From an uncultured Chloroflexia bacterium (lineage in GTDB: Bacteria; Chloroflexota; Limnocylindria; Limnocylindrales; CSP1-4), in assembly GCA_963714835.1 (NCBI GenBank), contig CAVQPX010000004.1:142767-206766 (forward strand): DNA of 64,000 bases, given 5' to 3'. The notes beneath the pieces were generated by a model, which was not told the origin of the DNA, ran no database searches, and was given only the letters and a program-made list of their open reading frames with translations. Position numbers and translations under genes: made by a program. Position 1 is the stretch's first letter. Each line of letters begins with the position of its first letter. This document shows, one piece after another, positions 15,812 through 25,744 of this stretch.

Positions 15812-17732
15812 ACGCGTATCTCGACGGCCGCCCGACCCGGGAGCGGAGCCTCGCGCGATACGTCACGTTCGCGATCGTGATCCTGCTCGGGATCGGGCTC
15901 CTCGCGGTGCGGTTGGCGTATCTGCAGATCGCCCGCGCAACCGAATACGCCGAGCTCTCGACGGGCAACCGCACGGTGGTGCAGGCGATCCCGTCATCTC
16001 GCGGGCTCATCTACGACCGTACCGGGGCCGTCCTCGTGACCAACATCCCGACGTACGCGGTCAAGGTCCGCCCTGCGGATCTCCCATTCTCGGCCCGCGA
16101 TGCGGTCGTTTCGCGATTGTCCGTGCTCGTCGGGATCGACCCGGCGACGATCAACGCAACGATCGACGCCAATCCAGGATCCCGGTTCGACCTGGTGCGG
16201 ATCGCGCGGGACGTCCCGCTCGAGATCGCCCGACTGATCTCCGAGGCGCGCCTCGACCTGCCGGGCGTGGAAGTCGAGGTCGAGGCGCGACGTGAATACG
16301 CGTATGGACCGCTCCTGTCGCAGATCCTGGGGTACACCGGGCCCGTGGGCCCCGATGAGGTGGTCGCCCTGCGCGAATCCGGGTACCTGGCCGACGATCT
16401 GCTGGGGAAGACCGGCGTCGAGGCGACCTACGAGTCCGATCTCCGCGGGACGTACGGGAGCGTTCTTGTCGAGCGCGACGCAACCGGCCGGCGGCTCCAG
16501 GTGCTGCAGACGATCAAGGAAGCGACGGCCGGGAACTCGCTGACACTCACGATCGATACGCACGAGCAGGAGCTCGCTCAGAAGGCCCTCGAGTGGGGCA
16601 TGAAGGAGGCGGGCCTCAAGCGTGGCGTCGTCATCGCGATGAACCCGCAGACCGGAGAGGTCGTCGCCATGGTCAGCCTGCCGACCTACGACGACAACGA
16701 CTTCGCACGCGGGATCAGCAACGCCGACTACGCCGGGCTGCTCGCCGACCCCGACAAGCCGCTGATCAACCACGCCATCGAATGCCCACTACCCGCCGGG
16801 CTCCACGTACAAGCTCGTCACCGGCGCTGGGTGGCCTGGCGGACGACAAGATCTCGGCGTCCACGAAGATCGTCACGAAGCCGTACCTCACGCTCGGGAC
16901 GACCAAGTTCTACGACTGGAACCGGCGGGGCTGGGGTCCCTGCGACATGAACTGCGGCTTCGGCCACTCGAGCGACACGTACTTCTTCCAGGTGGCCGGC
17001 ATGCTCGGGATCGATCGGCTCGCCTACTGGGCGACCGAGTGCGGGTTCGGCGAGCGGACCGGCATCGACCTCCCCGGCGAGGTGAGCGGGACGGTACCCA
17101 CGAACCAGTGGAAGCTCGACACGCTCGGCGCCCCGATCTTCCCGGGCGAGACCTACCAGGCCGGTATCGGCCAGGGCTACGACGTCGTCACCCCGATCCA
17201 GCTCGTGAACGCCTATGCGGCCCTCGCCAACGGCGGCAAGCTCTACCGGCCCCAGGTCGTGCGCGAGATCGTCGGGCCGGACGGATCGATCGTGCGGCCC
17301 TTCGAACCGGATCTGATCCGCGAGCTCGACATCCCCAAGGCCGATCTCACGACGATGCGCCGCGCCGCGCGCAACGTCGTCCTCATCCGGCACACCTACA
17401 ACCTCGTCGACCTGCCGATCGTGGTCGCCGGCAAGTCCGGCACGGCCGAGTTCGGGACCCGCGACAGCCAGGGTCGGCTGCCGTTCCACTCGTGGTTCGT
17501 GGCATTCACGCCGAAGGATCCGGCCATCAAGTCGGGAGATCCGTCGGGCCTGAAGGCGGTCTCGCGCACCGATTCGGAGCTCGTCGTGCTGGCCTTCGCA
17601 TACGACTCGCGCACGAAGGGCAACGTCGCCACCGAGATCGTGAAGTACTACCTCCAGCTGCACTACGAGATCAAGAAGGACTACCGCAACTTCGATCTCC
17701 TCGAGCGCGGCAACTTCTACCAGTCGAACTGA
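15808..17732 (+). pseudogene. mrdA: penicillin-binding protein 2 (MrdA), two frame breaks near 16785 and 16825
   Basis: N-terminal part in ORF 15094..16950 (RGLIYDRTGAVLVTN, VIAMNPQTGEVVAMVSLPTYD). C-terminal part in ORF 16593..17732 (KSGTAE, HSWFVAF). The YPPGSTYKLVTG active-site block lies in the third frame between them. Confidence 0.9.
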
Positions 17733-17769
17733 TGATGGGACGCATGTTCGCCACGAAGGTGCAGGGTCG

Positions 17770-18930
17770 ATGAACCTCGCACGCGCGGACCGAGCGCGAT
17801 TGGGCGACTGGACGACGCGTCGTGCTGGCGCGGCCTGGCGCCGCTTCGATCTGCAGCTGACGACCTACGCGTTCCTGCTGGCCGCGGTCGGGCTGGCGAT
17901 GGCCTACAGCAACAGCGTCGAGGCGGGCCGGAGCGTCCTGGAGCCGGGCACGACCTTCGTCCGCGGCATGATGTGGGCGGGGATCGCCTTCGGCGTGTTC
18001 GCGGTCGCGACGGCGTTCGACTATCGCTGGCTCAAGACCCTGGCCTGGCCGCTGTACGTGATCCAGCTCGGGCTGCTCGTTCTCACGCTCGCGATCGGGA
18101 CCGGTGTCGGCGGTGCCTCTCGCTGGGTGCCGATCCTCGGGGTCCAGTTCCAGTTCAGCGAGCTGGCCAAGGTGATGATGATCATCGTCCTGGCGAACTA
18201 CCTCGGCGCTCGACGCGACCGGATGGACACGCTCGGCGCGATCCTCGGTGCGTGCGTCCTCGTCGCCCCGCCGCTGGCCCTGGTGATGCTCCAGCCCGAC
18301 CTCGGGACGTCGCTCGTCTTCGGGGCGATCCTGGCCGGGATGCTCTTCATGTCGGGCGCGAGTCTTCGCTGGCTGGGCATCCTGGGGGCCGGCGTGGTCG
18401 CCTTCGTCCCGTTTGCGTGGGCGAACATCCTCAAGGACTATCAGAAGGAGCGCCTCACGGCCTTCCTCGATCCCAATCCGGACCTGCAGGGCTCCGGCTA
18501 TCAGCTCTTCCAGTCGCAGATCGCCGTCGGCAGCGGCGGGCTGCTCGGCAAGGGGCTCACCAACGGGACGCAGAACCAGCTGGACTTCCTGCCGGTCCAG
18601 ACGACCGACTTCGTCTTCGCCATCCTTGCCGAGGAACTCGGCTTCATCGGCGGCATCGTCGTCTTCGGCCTCTTCCTCGCCCTGTTCTGGCGGATCCTCG
18701 TGGCCGCGTGGCGTTCGCCGGACCCGGTCGGGTCGCTGATCGGCGTGGGCATCGCTTCGATGATCCTGTTCCAGCTGGTCGTGAACGTGGGGATGGTCAT
18801 CGGGATCATGCCCATCACCGGGATCCCGCTCCCGTTCATCACGCACGGCGGTGCGTCGTTGATCAGCCTGGCGGCGGCACTCGGGATCCTCCAGAGCGTG
18901 AACATCCACCAGACGCGCGCCGAGTGGTGA
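17770..18930 (+). CDS. rodA: peptidoglycan glycosyltransferase RodA (FtsW/RodA/SpoVE family)
   Basis: Intact 386-aa ORF with QFQFSELAKV, LQPDLGT, TDFVFAILAEELGFIG and PITGIPLPFITHGGAS. Confidence 0.9.
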   Translation: MNLARADRARLGDWTTRRAGAAWRRFDLQLTTYAFLLAAVGLAMAYSNSVEAGRSVLEPGTTFVRGMMWAGIAFGVFAVATAFDYRWLKTLAWPLYVIQLGLLVLTLAIGTGVGGASRWVPILGVQFQFSELAKVMMIIVLANYLGARRDRMDTLGAILGACVLVAPPLALVMLQPDLGTSLVFGAILAGMLFMSGASLRWLGILGAGVVAFVPFAWANILKDYQKERLTAFLDPNPDLQGSGYQLFQSQIAVGSGGLLGKGLTNGTQNQLDFLPVQTTDFVFAILAEELGFIGGIVVFGLFLALFWRILVAAWRSPDPVGSLIGVGIASMILFQLVVNVGMVIGIMPITGIPLPFITHGGASLISLAAALGILQSVNIHQTRAEW

Positions 18931-19036
18931 TCGGCCTCCCGCCGGCGACGGCCGGCCGGATCGTCGATCTCACCGACACGGGGGTCGCGAAGGAGCCGCA
19001 TGCGGATTGGGTAGGCTCTCCCGACGAGGAGGCACC

Positions 19037-19543
19037 GTGAGCACGCGTACCCGTCTGGCGAAGAACTCGACCGTCGCGACCAGTCAGCGGCTGCTCGCCA
19101 TCGAACCGCTGCTCGTGAGCGCGGCCGACGAGGTGGGCGTCGTGATGCGCCGCTCGGCCGCGCAGCCCGAGACGCGGCTCCTCGGGGTCGTCGACGTCGA
19201 CGGGGTGCTGGTCGGGGTCATCCCGATCCTGCGCCTCGCCGAGATCGTGATCGCACACGTGGTCCCCGAGTCGTTGATGAGCGATATCGCGGACGTCGAC
19301 GACGTTGCCCGGTTCGGCCATGCCGTCGAGGCTCGGACGGCCGGCGAGGCGATGATCCCACCCGCAGCGATCGACCCGACCGCGACGATCGGCGACGCGT
19401 TCAAGGAGATGCATCGCCGCCGTCTCTCCGGGCTGTACGTCGTGGATCCGGACGGCCGCCCCACCGGCTATCTCGACCTGCTCGAGCTCGCGATCCGCTA
19501 CCTGGATGCGATCGAGGCCGAACGCGCCGACGGCGCCGAATAA
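19037..19543 (+). CDS. CBS domain-containing protein
   Basis: GTG 19037 follows GAGGAGG. There are two CBS-like halves (LLGVVDVDGVLVGVI...; LSGLYVVDPDGRPTGYLDLLEL). Confidence 0.65.
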   Translation: MSTRTRLAKNSTVATSQRLLAIEPLLVSAADEVGVVMRRSAAQPETRLLGVVDVDGVLVGVIPILRLAEIVIAHVVPESLMSDIADVDDVARFGHAVEARTAGEAMIPPAAIDPTATIGDAFKEMHRRRLSGLYVVDPDGRPTGYLDLLELAIRYLDAIEAERADGAE

Positions 19544-19555
19544 CCCACGACGGAC

Positions 19556-20815
19556 GTGACGATCGCCGCCGTTGTCTTCGTCGTGACCTACGCGATGATC
19601 GCGACGGAGCGCCTCGACAAGACCCTCGCCGCGCTGCTCGGCGGCCTGGCGATGATCGTGCTCGGGATCATCGACCAGCACGAAGCCTTCGCAGCGATCG
19701 ACTTCAACGTCATCTTCCTGCTGACAGGGATGATGGTCCTCGCCGGGATCCTGCGCCAGACCGGCTTCTTCCAGTGGATCGCGATCCGGGCGGTCAAGAT
19801 CGCCGGCGGCGACCCACTGCGCCTGCTGCTCGTGCTCAGCCTGATCTCGGCCGTCCTCTCGGCGTTCCTCGACAACGTGACCACGGTCGTGCTCATCGCC
19901 CCGGTCACGCTCTACATCGCGAGCGTCCTGCGTGTCTCCCCGGTGCCGTTCCTCATCTCGGAGATCCTCGCGTCCAACATCGGCGGGACCGCCACCCTGA
20001 TCGGAGATCCACCGAACATCCTCATCGGCTCGGCGTCGGGTCTCGACTTCGGCGAGTTCCTGTTCAACATGGCGCCCCCGGCCGTCCTGATCTACATCGC
20101 GTTCAGCGTCACGGTCGCGCTCATGTTCCGGCACGACCTCGAGGTCCACGCGGAGGTCCGCGATGCCGTCCTCGCCCTGGACGAGGGTGAGGTCATCGCC
20201 GACCCTGCGCTCCTCCGGCTGAGCCTCCTGGTGATCGGAACAACGCTCGTCGGGTTTCTCTTCCACGGCCCGCTGGGTTTCGAGCCGGCGACCATCGCCC
20301 TGCTCGGCGCCACGGTCCTGATGGTCCTTTCAAGGTCCGATCCGGAGAAGGTCTTCCACGAGGTGGAGTGGCCCACCCTGTTCTTCTTCGTGGGCCTGTT
20401 CATGCTCGTCGAGGGCGTCGTCCACGTCGGGATCATCGCGAGCCTTGCGGACGGCCTGTTCTCGGCGACCGGCGGCGACCAGACGATCACGACCCTCGGG
20501 CTGCTCTGGATGTCCGGACTCGCCTCGGGCATCGTTGACAACATCCCGTACACCGCCACGATGATCCCCGTCGTGAAGCAGCTCGCCGAGGGCGGGCTGG
20601 AGAGCGAGCCCCTGTGGTGGGCGCTGGCGCTCGGGGTGGACCTCGGCGGCAACGCGACGATCATCGGTGCGTCGGCGAACGTCATCGTGGTCAATCTCGC
20701 GATGCGCGCCGGGCATCCCATCGGATTCCGGTACTTCCTCAAGTACGGGGCGATCATCGTGCTCGAGTCGTTGATCATCGCGACGATCTACGTGTGGTTC
20801 CGCTACCTGATGTGA
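19556..20815 (+). CDS. ArsB/NhaD-superfamily (citrate transporter-like) permease
   Basis: 419-aa polytopic ORF with FLLTGMMVLAGIL, SAFLDNVTTVVLIAPV, ASNIGGTATLIGDPPNILIG and DNIPYTATMIP. Confidence 0.8.
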   Translation: MTIAAVVFVVTYAMIATERLDKTLAALLGGLAMIVLGIIDQHEAFAAIDFNVIFLLTGMMVLAGILRQTGFFQWIAIRAVKIAGGDPLRLLLVLSLISAVLSAFLDNVTTVVLIAPVTLYIASVLRVSPVPFLISEILASNIGGTATLIGDPPNILIGSASGLDFGEFLFNMAPPAVLIYIAFSVTVALMFRHDLEVHAEVRDAVLALDEGEVIADPALLRLSLLVIGTTLVGFLFHGPLGFEPATIALLGATVLMVLSRSDPEKVFHEVEWPTLFFFVGLFMLVEGVVHVGIIASLADGLFSATGGDQTITTLGLLWMSGLASGIVDNIPYTATMIPVVKQLAEGGLESEPLWWALALGVDLGGNATIIGASANVIVVNLAMRAGHPIGFRYFLKYGAIIVLESLIIATIYVWFRYLM

Positions 20816-20849
20816 GGTTCGGCAGAACCGCCCCTTGACCCGGGACGGT

Positions 20850-21365
20850 TCAGCGGCGTCGAAACAGCCCGTGGCGCTCGTTCGCCTCGGCCGCGGCCGA
20901 CTGGCGGCGTCCGGTCCGGCGCAGGATGAGCTCGATCTCGTCGCGATACGGCCGCCCGATCGGCGTGCGATCGAGCCACTCGATGTACTCGAGGTCGCGT
21001 CGTGCGATCTCGCCGAGCGACCAGCCCGAAAAACGCCCGAAGGTCAGGACGCTCCCGGACGGATCGCCGGGAGGCGGACCCGCGCTGTCCGCTCCGGGAT
21101 CCGGGCGAGCCCCGCCCCTCGGTGCCGTCCCCGGGAGGGCCTGCCCCGCCCCGACCCGCTCCCGATCGTAGGCGGCGCGGCGGGCCGGGTCGCTCAGCGT
21201 CTCCCAGGCCGAGTTCAGGGCGACCATCCGCGCGGCGGCCTCCGGCCCGGATGCCACGTCCGGGTGCCAGCGCTGGGCCAGGCGGCGGTAGGCGGCTTGC
21301 ATCACGTCCGGATCCGCCTCGGGATCGACTTGGAGGACCTTGTAGTGGTCGGGGTGGTCGGTCAC
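20850..21365 (-). CDS. J-domain (DnaJ-like) protein with a distinct C-terminal module
   Basis: GTG 21365 overlaps the upstream stop. J-domain: HYKVLQVDPEADPDVMQAAYRRLAQRWHPD. C-terminus: FGRFSGWSLGEIARRDLEYIEWL. This is the 3' part of the spurious 700-aa ORF 20850..22952. Confidence 0.75.
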   Translation of the reverse strand: MTDHPDHYKVLQVDPEADPDVMQAAYRRLAQRWHPDVASGPEAAARMVALNSAWETLSDPARRAAYDRERVGAGQALPGTAPRGGARPDPGADSAGPPPGDPSGSVLTFGRFSGWSLGEIARRDLEYIEWLDRTPIGRPYRDEIELILRRTGRRQSAAAEANERHGLFRRR

Positions 21366-22603
21366 GGGCCGTCGAGCGGCTCGGAGGGTGGTTCCGGTGC
21401 GATGGCGGCGGATTCGATCGGGGCCGGGCTGAGCGCCAGAGCGGCTGCGGCGGCGGGTTCGGGCGGGTTCGGGCTCAGGCGTCGGAAGAGATAGCGGTAG
21501 ACGTCGCGGGCCGCCGCCGTGATGGGCAACGCGAGGATGGCGCCGAGAAGTCCGGCGATCGCGGCGCCGAGGATCAGGGCGAACATGACCGCGCTGGGAT
21601 GCAGCTGGACGGCATCCCCCTGGATCTTGGGGACCAGGAGGTAGTTCTCGACCTGCTGCACGACGGTGTACAGGACGAGCGCGGCGACGACCGCCTCGCC
21701 GCCGGCCGTCGCAGCCAGGAGCACCGCCGGGATCGCCGCGATGATCGGCCCGATGACCGGGAGCAGCTCGAGGACGCCCGCGAAGATCGCGAGCAGGAGG
21801 GCGAATTGCCCGAACACGGGATGGACCACCTCGCTCAGCAGCAGGAGTCCCGCGAACGTGGCGATGAAGACGGTGATCCCAAGTACCACCTGGCCGCGGA
21901 CCCACTGCCCGACGACACGCTGGACGATCCCGATCACCTCCCAGACGTCGGCGCGCCACTCCGGTGGGAGCGACCGGTCGAATCCGGCAGAGAGCGACTT
22001 GCGGTCCTTGAGCAGGTAGAACGTCCAGACCGGGATGAGGACGTATCCGAACAACCCGACGACGAAGCCGGCGGTCACGTTGAAGAACGGGAGAAGCACG
22101 GCCGGGTCGAAGTTCGCACCACCTTCGACAAGACCCGCGATCCAGTCGTCGATGGCCGCCCGGACCTGGGGCGGCAGGGCGAGGCCCCGATACGTCTCGG
22201 ACAGGGCCAGGAGCTGGGCGTCGAGTCGTGCGGCGAGCTCGGGCAGGTCCCGTGCGAACCGGCTGATCTGGGCCACCACCGGTCCGATCGTCAGGTTGAT
22301 CGTCTCGACGACCGCGATCACGAAGGCGGCGTACACGGCGAGGATCGACAGGGTTCGCGGGATGCGCAGGCGGCCCAGGAGATCGACCGCCGGACTGAGC
22401 AGGTACACGAGGAGGAGACCCAGCACGAACGGTGCGAGGATCCCGCGCCCGAGATACAGGACGAAGGCCACGACGATCGCTGCCACGAGGACCAGGGCCA
22501 CGCGCGTCGTCGGCGGCCGGAGACGACGTCCGTCCGAGGCCACTCGCCGCTCGGCGAATGGTGCCGGAGCACTGGCCGAGGCTGGCCCGACGGGTTCCTG
22601 CAT
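21362..22603 (-). CDS. AI-2E family transporter (PerM-like)
   Basis: From ATG 22603 within ORF 21362..22831. It has about 8 TM segments and LELLPVIGPIIAAIPAVLLA and VENYLLVPKIQGDAVQLHP. Confidence 0.85.
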   Translation of the reverse strand: MQEPVGPASASAPAPFAERRVASDGRRLRPPTTRVALVLVAAIVVAFVLYLGRGILAPFVLGLLLVYLLSPAVDLLGRLRIPRTLSILAVYAAFVIAVVETINLTIGPVVAQISRFARDLPELAARLDAQLLALSETYRGLALPPQVRAAIDDWIAGLVEGGANFDPAVLLPFFNVTAGFVVGLFGYVLIPVWTFYLLKDRKSLSAGFDRSLPPEWRADVWEVIGIVQRVVGQWVRGQVVLGITVFIATFAGLLLLSEVVHPVFGQFALLLAIFAGVLELLPVIGPIIAAIPAVLLAATAGGEAVVAALVLYTVVQQVENYLLVPKIQGDAVQLHPSAVMFALILGAAIAGLLGAILALPITAAARDVYRYLFRRLSPNPPEPAAAAALALSPAPIESAAIAPEPPSEPLDGP

Positions 22604-22623
22604 GGTCCCGCAGACTACCAGAC

Positions 22624-23337
22624 GTGCCCGACCCCACCCCGTCGCCCCCGGCCGCTCCAGCGCCCGAACCGCGCCAACGCTGGCGAGTCGTGTTCTCGCG
22701 AGGAGGCGAAGCCGAGTCCGCGACCCACCGGGACGTCGCCGAATCGATCGAGGACGCGCTGTCCGCGGGGCCGCTCCCGGTCCTTCGTGACGTACGGCGG
22801 GGTGGCCGCCCGCGACTGGCGTTCGGCGCACCGCTGCCGGTCGGCATGGTCGTGGAGCGTGAGCTGCTCGACCTGTGGTTGACCGAGCGAACGCCCATCG
22901 AGGCCGTTCGACCGGCCGTTTCGGCAGCCTTGCCGGCCGGCTTCCACGTCATCGACCTGTACGACGTCTGGCTGGGAGCCGCCGCACTTGCCGCGCGGGT
23001 GGTCGGCGCCGAGTACCTCGTCGAGGCTCGACCCGGGATCCCGCGCGCCGATCTCGAACGTGCTCGAGACCAGGTCCTCGCTGCCGTCCACCTCCCTCGT
23101 GAGCGAGCGAAGGGAACGGGGACGGTGGCCTACGACCTGCGTCCGCTGCTCGTCGGTATCGAGATCGGCTCCGGACCGGAGGATCGATCGATCGTCACGA
23201 TCTCCGTCCGCTTCGACCCGCAGCTCGGATCGGGCCGCCCCGAGGAGGTCCTCGCGACCCTCGCCGCGAGCCTCGATCGCCCGCTCGAGGCGACGTCGAC
23301 GCGACGGAGCCGCCTGATCCTTGCCGCCGACGACTGA
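22624..23337 (+). CDS. DUF2344 / TIGR03936-type (radical-SAM-associated) protein
   Basis: GTG 22624 within ORF 22432..23337. Sequence: RWRVVFSRGGEAESATHRDVAESIEDAL...RLAFGAPLPVGMVVERELLDLWL... The position upstream of rplU is typical for this family. Confidence 0.6.
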   Translation: MPDPTPSPPAAPAPEPRQRWRVVFSRGGEAESATHRDVAESIEDALSAGPLPVLRDVRRGGRPRLAFGAPLPVGMVVERELLDLWLTERTPIEAVRPAVSAALPAGFHVIDLYDVWLGAAALAARVVGAEYLVEARPGIPRADLERARDQVLAAVHLPRERAKGTGTVAYDLRPLLVGIEIGSGPEDRSIVTISVRFDPQLGSGRPEEVLATLAASLDRPLEATSTRRSRLILAADD

Positions 23338-23361
23338 TCCGCCGCCCGACGTCCCGGTTCG

Positions 23362-23390
23362 TTGACGCATCGGGCGACCGGTCGTACACT
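23362..23390 (+). promoter_or_regulatory. candidate promoter TTGACG-17 nt-TACACT for rplU-rpmA
   Basis: Sequence gTTGACGcatcgggcgaccggtcgTACACT, followed by a ~90-nt leader with short hairpins (CCTCGAtcaggTCGAGG; CCTGtccaaaCAGG). Confidence 0.45.
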
Positions 23391-23481
23391 TCCCGTTCGC
23401 GCCTCGATCAGGTCGAGGTGTCTTTCCCTGTCCAAACAGGTCGCCGTCCCAACGCGCGACCGCCATCTTGTCCGAGGCCCC

Positions 23482-24114
23482 ATGTACGCAGTCATCGAGA
23501 CCGGCGGGAAGCAATACCGCGTCGAGGTCGGCACCGAACTCGAAGTGGAGAAGCTGGACGCCGAGCCGGGATCCGCGATCACGCTCGATCGCGTCCTCCT
23601 CGTCGCCGACGGCGAGAACGCCGAGATCGGCCGTCCGGTCGTGGCCAATGCATCGGTGGACGCCGAGGTCGTGCGTCGCGATCGCGGCCCGAAGCTGATC
23701 AGCTTCAAGTACCGCCCGAAGGCACGCACCCGTGTCACGAAAGGGCACCGCCAGGAGCTGACCATCCTCCGGATCAGCGACATCAAGTTCGGCTCGAAGA
23801 GCGCCGCCGCAACGCTGCGCAAGTCGGAGCAGGACGCGAAGACCGAGCGCGAGCGCCTCGAGGAGGCCGCGAAGACCCAGGCCGCCGCGGACGCAGCCGT
23901 TGCCGCCAAGCTCGCCCAGAAGGCGAAGGCGGACGCCAAGGCCGCGGGTGCCAAGTCAGAGGCCACGTCGACCGCTGACGCCGCCGACGCAAAGCCGAAG
24001 GCGAAGCGCGCCGCCCCGACGAAGGCCGATGCGAAGCCGGCCGCCAAGGCCAAGGACACACCGGCCAAGCCGGCCGCCCCCAAGCGCCCGCGCGCCACGA
24101 AGAAGGACGAGTAG
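23482..24114 (+). CDS. rplU: 50S ribosomal protein L21 with ~107-aa Ala/Lys-rich C-terminal extension
   Basis: [17 protein letters not shown]...[21 protein letters not shown], then AKxA/KP-rich low complexity. Confidence 0.92.
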   Translation: MYAVIETGGKQYRVEVGTELEVEKLDAEPGSAITLDRVLLVADGENAEIGRPVVANASVDAEVVRRDRGPKLISFKYRPKARTRVTKGHRQELTILRISDIKFGSKSAAATLRKSEQDAKTERERLEEAAKTQAAADAAVAAKLAQKAKADAKAAGAKSEATSTADAADAKPKAKRAAPTKADAKPAAKAKDTPAKPAAPKRPRATKKDE

Positions 24115-24119
24115 ACCCC

Positions 24120-24404
24120 ATGGCACACAAGAAGGCCGGATCCAGCTCGCGCAACGGGCGCGACAGCGTTGGCCAGCGACTCGGCGTGAAGGTCGGCGAC
24201 GGCCAGCTCGTCCCGGCCGGTTCGATCATCGTGCGCCAGCGCGGCATGACCTTCCTGTCCGGGAAGGGCACCGGTCTCGGCAAGGACTACACCGTGTTCG
24301 CGACCGTGACGGGGACCGTCAAGTTCGAGCACGCCACCAAGGCCAAGAAGCGCATCCGCGTCGATGCCGTCGAGATGCCTGCGCCCGTCGCGGCCGAGGC
24401 CTGA
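24120..24404 (+). CDS. rpmA: 50S ribosomal protein L27
   Basis: [42 protein letters not shown]. Confidence 0.96.
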   Translation: MAHKKAGSSSRNGRDSVGQRLGVKVGDGQLVPAGSIIVRQRGMTFLSGKGTGLGKDYTVFATVTGTVKFEHATKAKKRIRVDAVEMPAPVAAEA

Positions 24405-24472
24405 GCAACAACACCAGCCGGCGACCACCGGCGGGCGATCTGCCCGCACGGACGGCGTCTGAGGAGAACAGC

Positions 24473-24685
24473 GTGAAGCCCGAGATCCATCCCAAGTACC
24501 ACCAGGCGAAGGTCCACTGCGGTTCGTGCGGGACCGAGTGGGAGGTCGGTTCCACCAGCACCGAGCTCCGCGTCGACGTGTGCGGCAACTGCCACCCGTT
24601 CTTCACCGGCAAGGCGACGATCATCGACACCGCCGGCCAGGTGGAGCGGTTCCAGAAGCGACTCGAGCGCCAGGCCCGGAGCTAA
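24473..24685 (+). CDS. rpmE: 50S ribosomal protein L31 (Zn-ribbon type)
   Basis: GTG 24473 follows GAGGAGAA. Sequence: VKPEIHPKYHQAKVHCGSCGTEWEVGST...VDVCGNCHPFFTGK. Confidence 0.9.
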   Translation: MKPEIHPKYHQAKVHCGSCGTEWEVGSTSTELRVDVCGNCHPFFTGKATIIDTAGQVERFQKRLERQARS

Positions 24686-24746
24686 GCCAGCACCGGCGCG
24701 TCGCCGTCCGATCCGGACGGACCCTCGCTTCCGATCCAGCACGAAC

Positions 24747-24770
24747 ACGGCGGGCCCTCCGGCCCGCCGT
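24747..24770 (+). terminator. stem-loop terminator candidate after rpmE
   Basis: ACGGCGGGCC-ctcc-GGCCCGCCGT (10-bp perfect stem) followed by TCGGATTCG, a weak U tract. Confidence 0.5.
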
Positions 24771-24796
24771 TCGGATTCGCGGCTAGACTCTCCGCT

Positions 24797-25744
24797 ATGG
24801 CCAGATTCAGCTACGGCGGTCAGGCGCTCATCGAAGGCGTCCTCATGCGCGGACGCGACGCGATCGCCGTCGCGCTGCGGCACCCGGACGGCAGCATCGT
24901 GTTCGCCACCGAACGCCTCGATTCGGGATTCCACGGATCGGCGTGGTCGAAGGCGCCGCTCGTCCGCGGCCTCGTCGTCCTGTACGAAACGCTCGTCGTC
25001 GGGACGAAGTGGCTCGTCCGGAGCGCGTCGGTCGCCGCGGCTGAGGAGGAAGGCGAGGAGCTCGGCAAGGGTTCGATCGCCGCGATGCTGCTCATCACGC
25101 TCGTCGCCGGGATCGGGATCTTCTTCCTGCTGCCGCTGCTCATCGCGAGCGCGACGACCGCCGACATCGAGAACGGCGCGATCCAGCACCTCGTCGAGGG
25201 CCTCATCCGGGTGGCGATCTTCATCGGCTACCTGCTGCTCATCGGCCGCGCCCCGGACATCGCGCGCGTGTTCCAGTACCACGGCGCGGAGCACATGACG
25301 ATCCACGCACTCGAGGCGGGCACCGAACTCATCCCGAGCGAGGTCCGCAAGTTCCCGACGGCCCATCCCCGCTGCGGGACGGAGTTCCTCGTCGTCGTCA
25401 TCGCGCTCTCGATCGTCGCGTTCAGCCTCGTCGGCCGCCAGGAGCCGCTCGTGATGATCGGCAGCCGGATCCTCCTGATCCCGGTCATCGCGGCCGTTGG
25501 CTACGAGATCCTGCGCTTCGGTGCGCGCCACCGTGGCAATCCGCTCGTGCGCGCGATCATGTATCCCGGGATCCTCGTGCAGATGATCACGACGAAGCAG
25601 CCCACGGACGACATGGTCGAGGTCGCGATCGTCTCGATGGAGGAGGCCCTGCGGGCCGACGGCGAGGAGTTGCCGGCCGGCGCCGGGCGGCTCGAGCGAG
25701 CCCCGATGCAGCTGCCCGGAGCGGTCGTCGCGCCCGAGGCATGA
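24797..25744 (+). CDS. DUF1385 domain-containing membrane protein
   Basis: [29 protein letters not shown] and HPRCGTEFL. The usual neighbour of prfA-prmC. Confidence 0.85.
   Translation: MARFSYGGQALIEGVLMRGRDAIAVALRHPDGSIVFATERLDSGFHGSAWSKAPLVRGLVVLYETLVVGTKWLVRSASVAAAEEEGEELGKGSIAAMLLITLVAGIGIFFLLPLLIASATTADIENGAIQHLVEGLIRVAIFIGYLLLIGRAPDIARVFQYHGAEHMTIHALEAGTELIPSEVRKFPTAHPRCGTEFLVVVIALSIVAFSLVGRQEPLVMIGSRILLIPVIAAVGYEILRFGARHRGNPLVRAIMYPGILVQMITTKQPTDDMVEVAIVSMEEALRADGEELPAGAGRLERAPMQLPGAVVAPEA

Noticed and set aside
20850-22952. 700-aa minus-strand ORF.
   Set aside because: Only the last 171 codons (the J-domain protein, 20850-21365) look real. The rest is an out-of-frame read-through of the AI-2E transporter gene, which is encoded in ORF 21362..22831.
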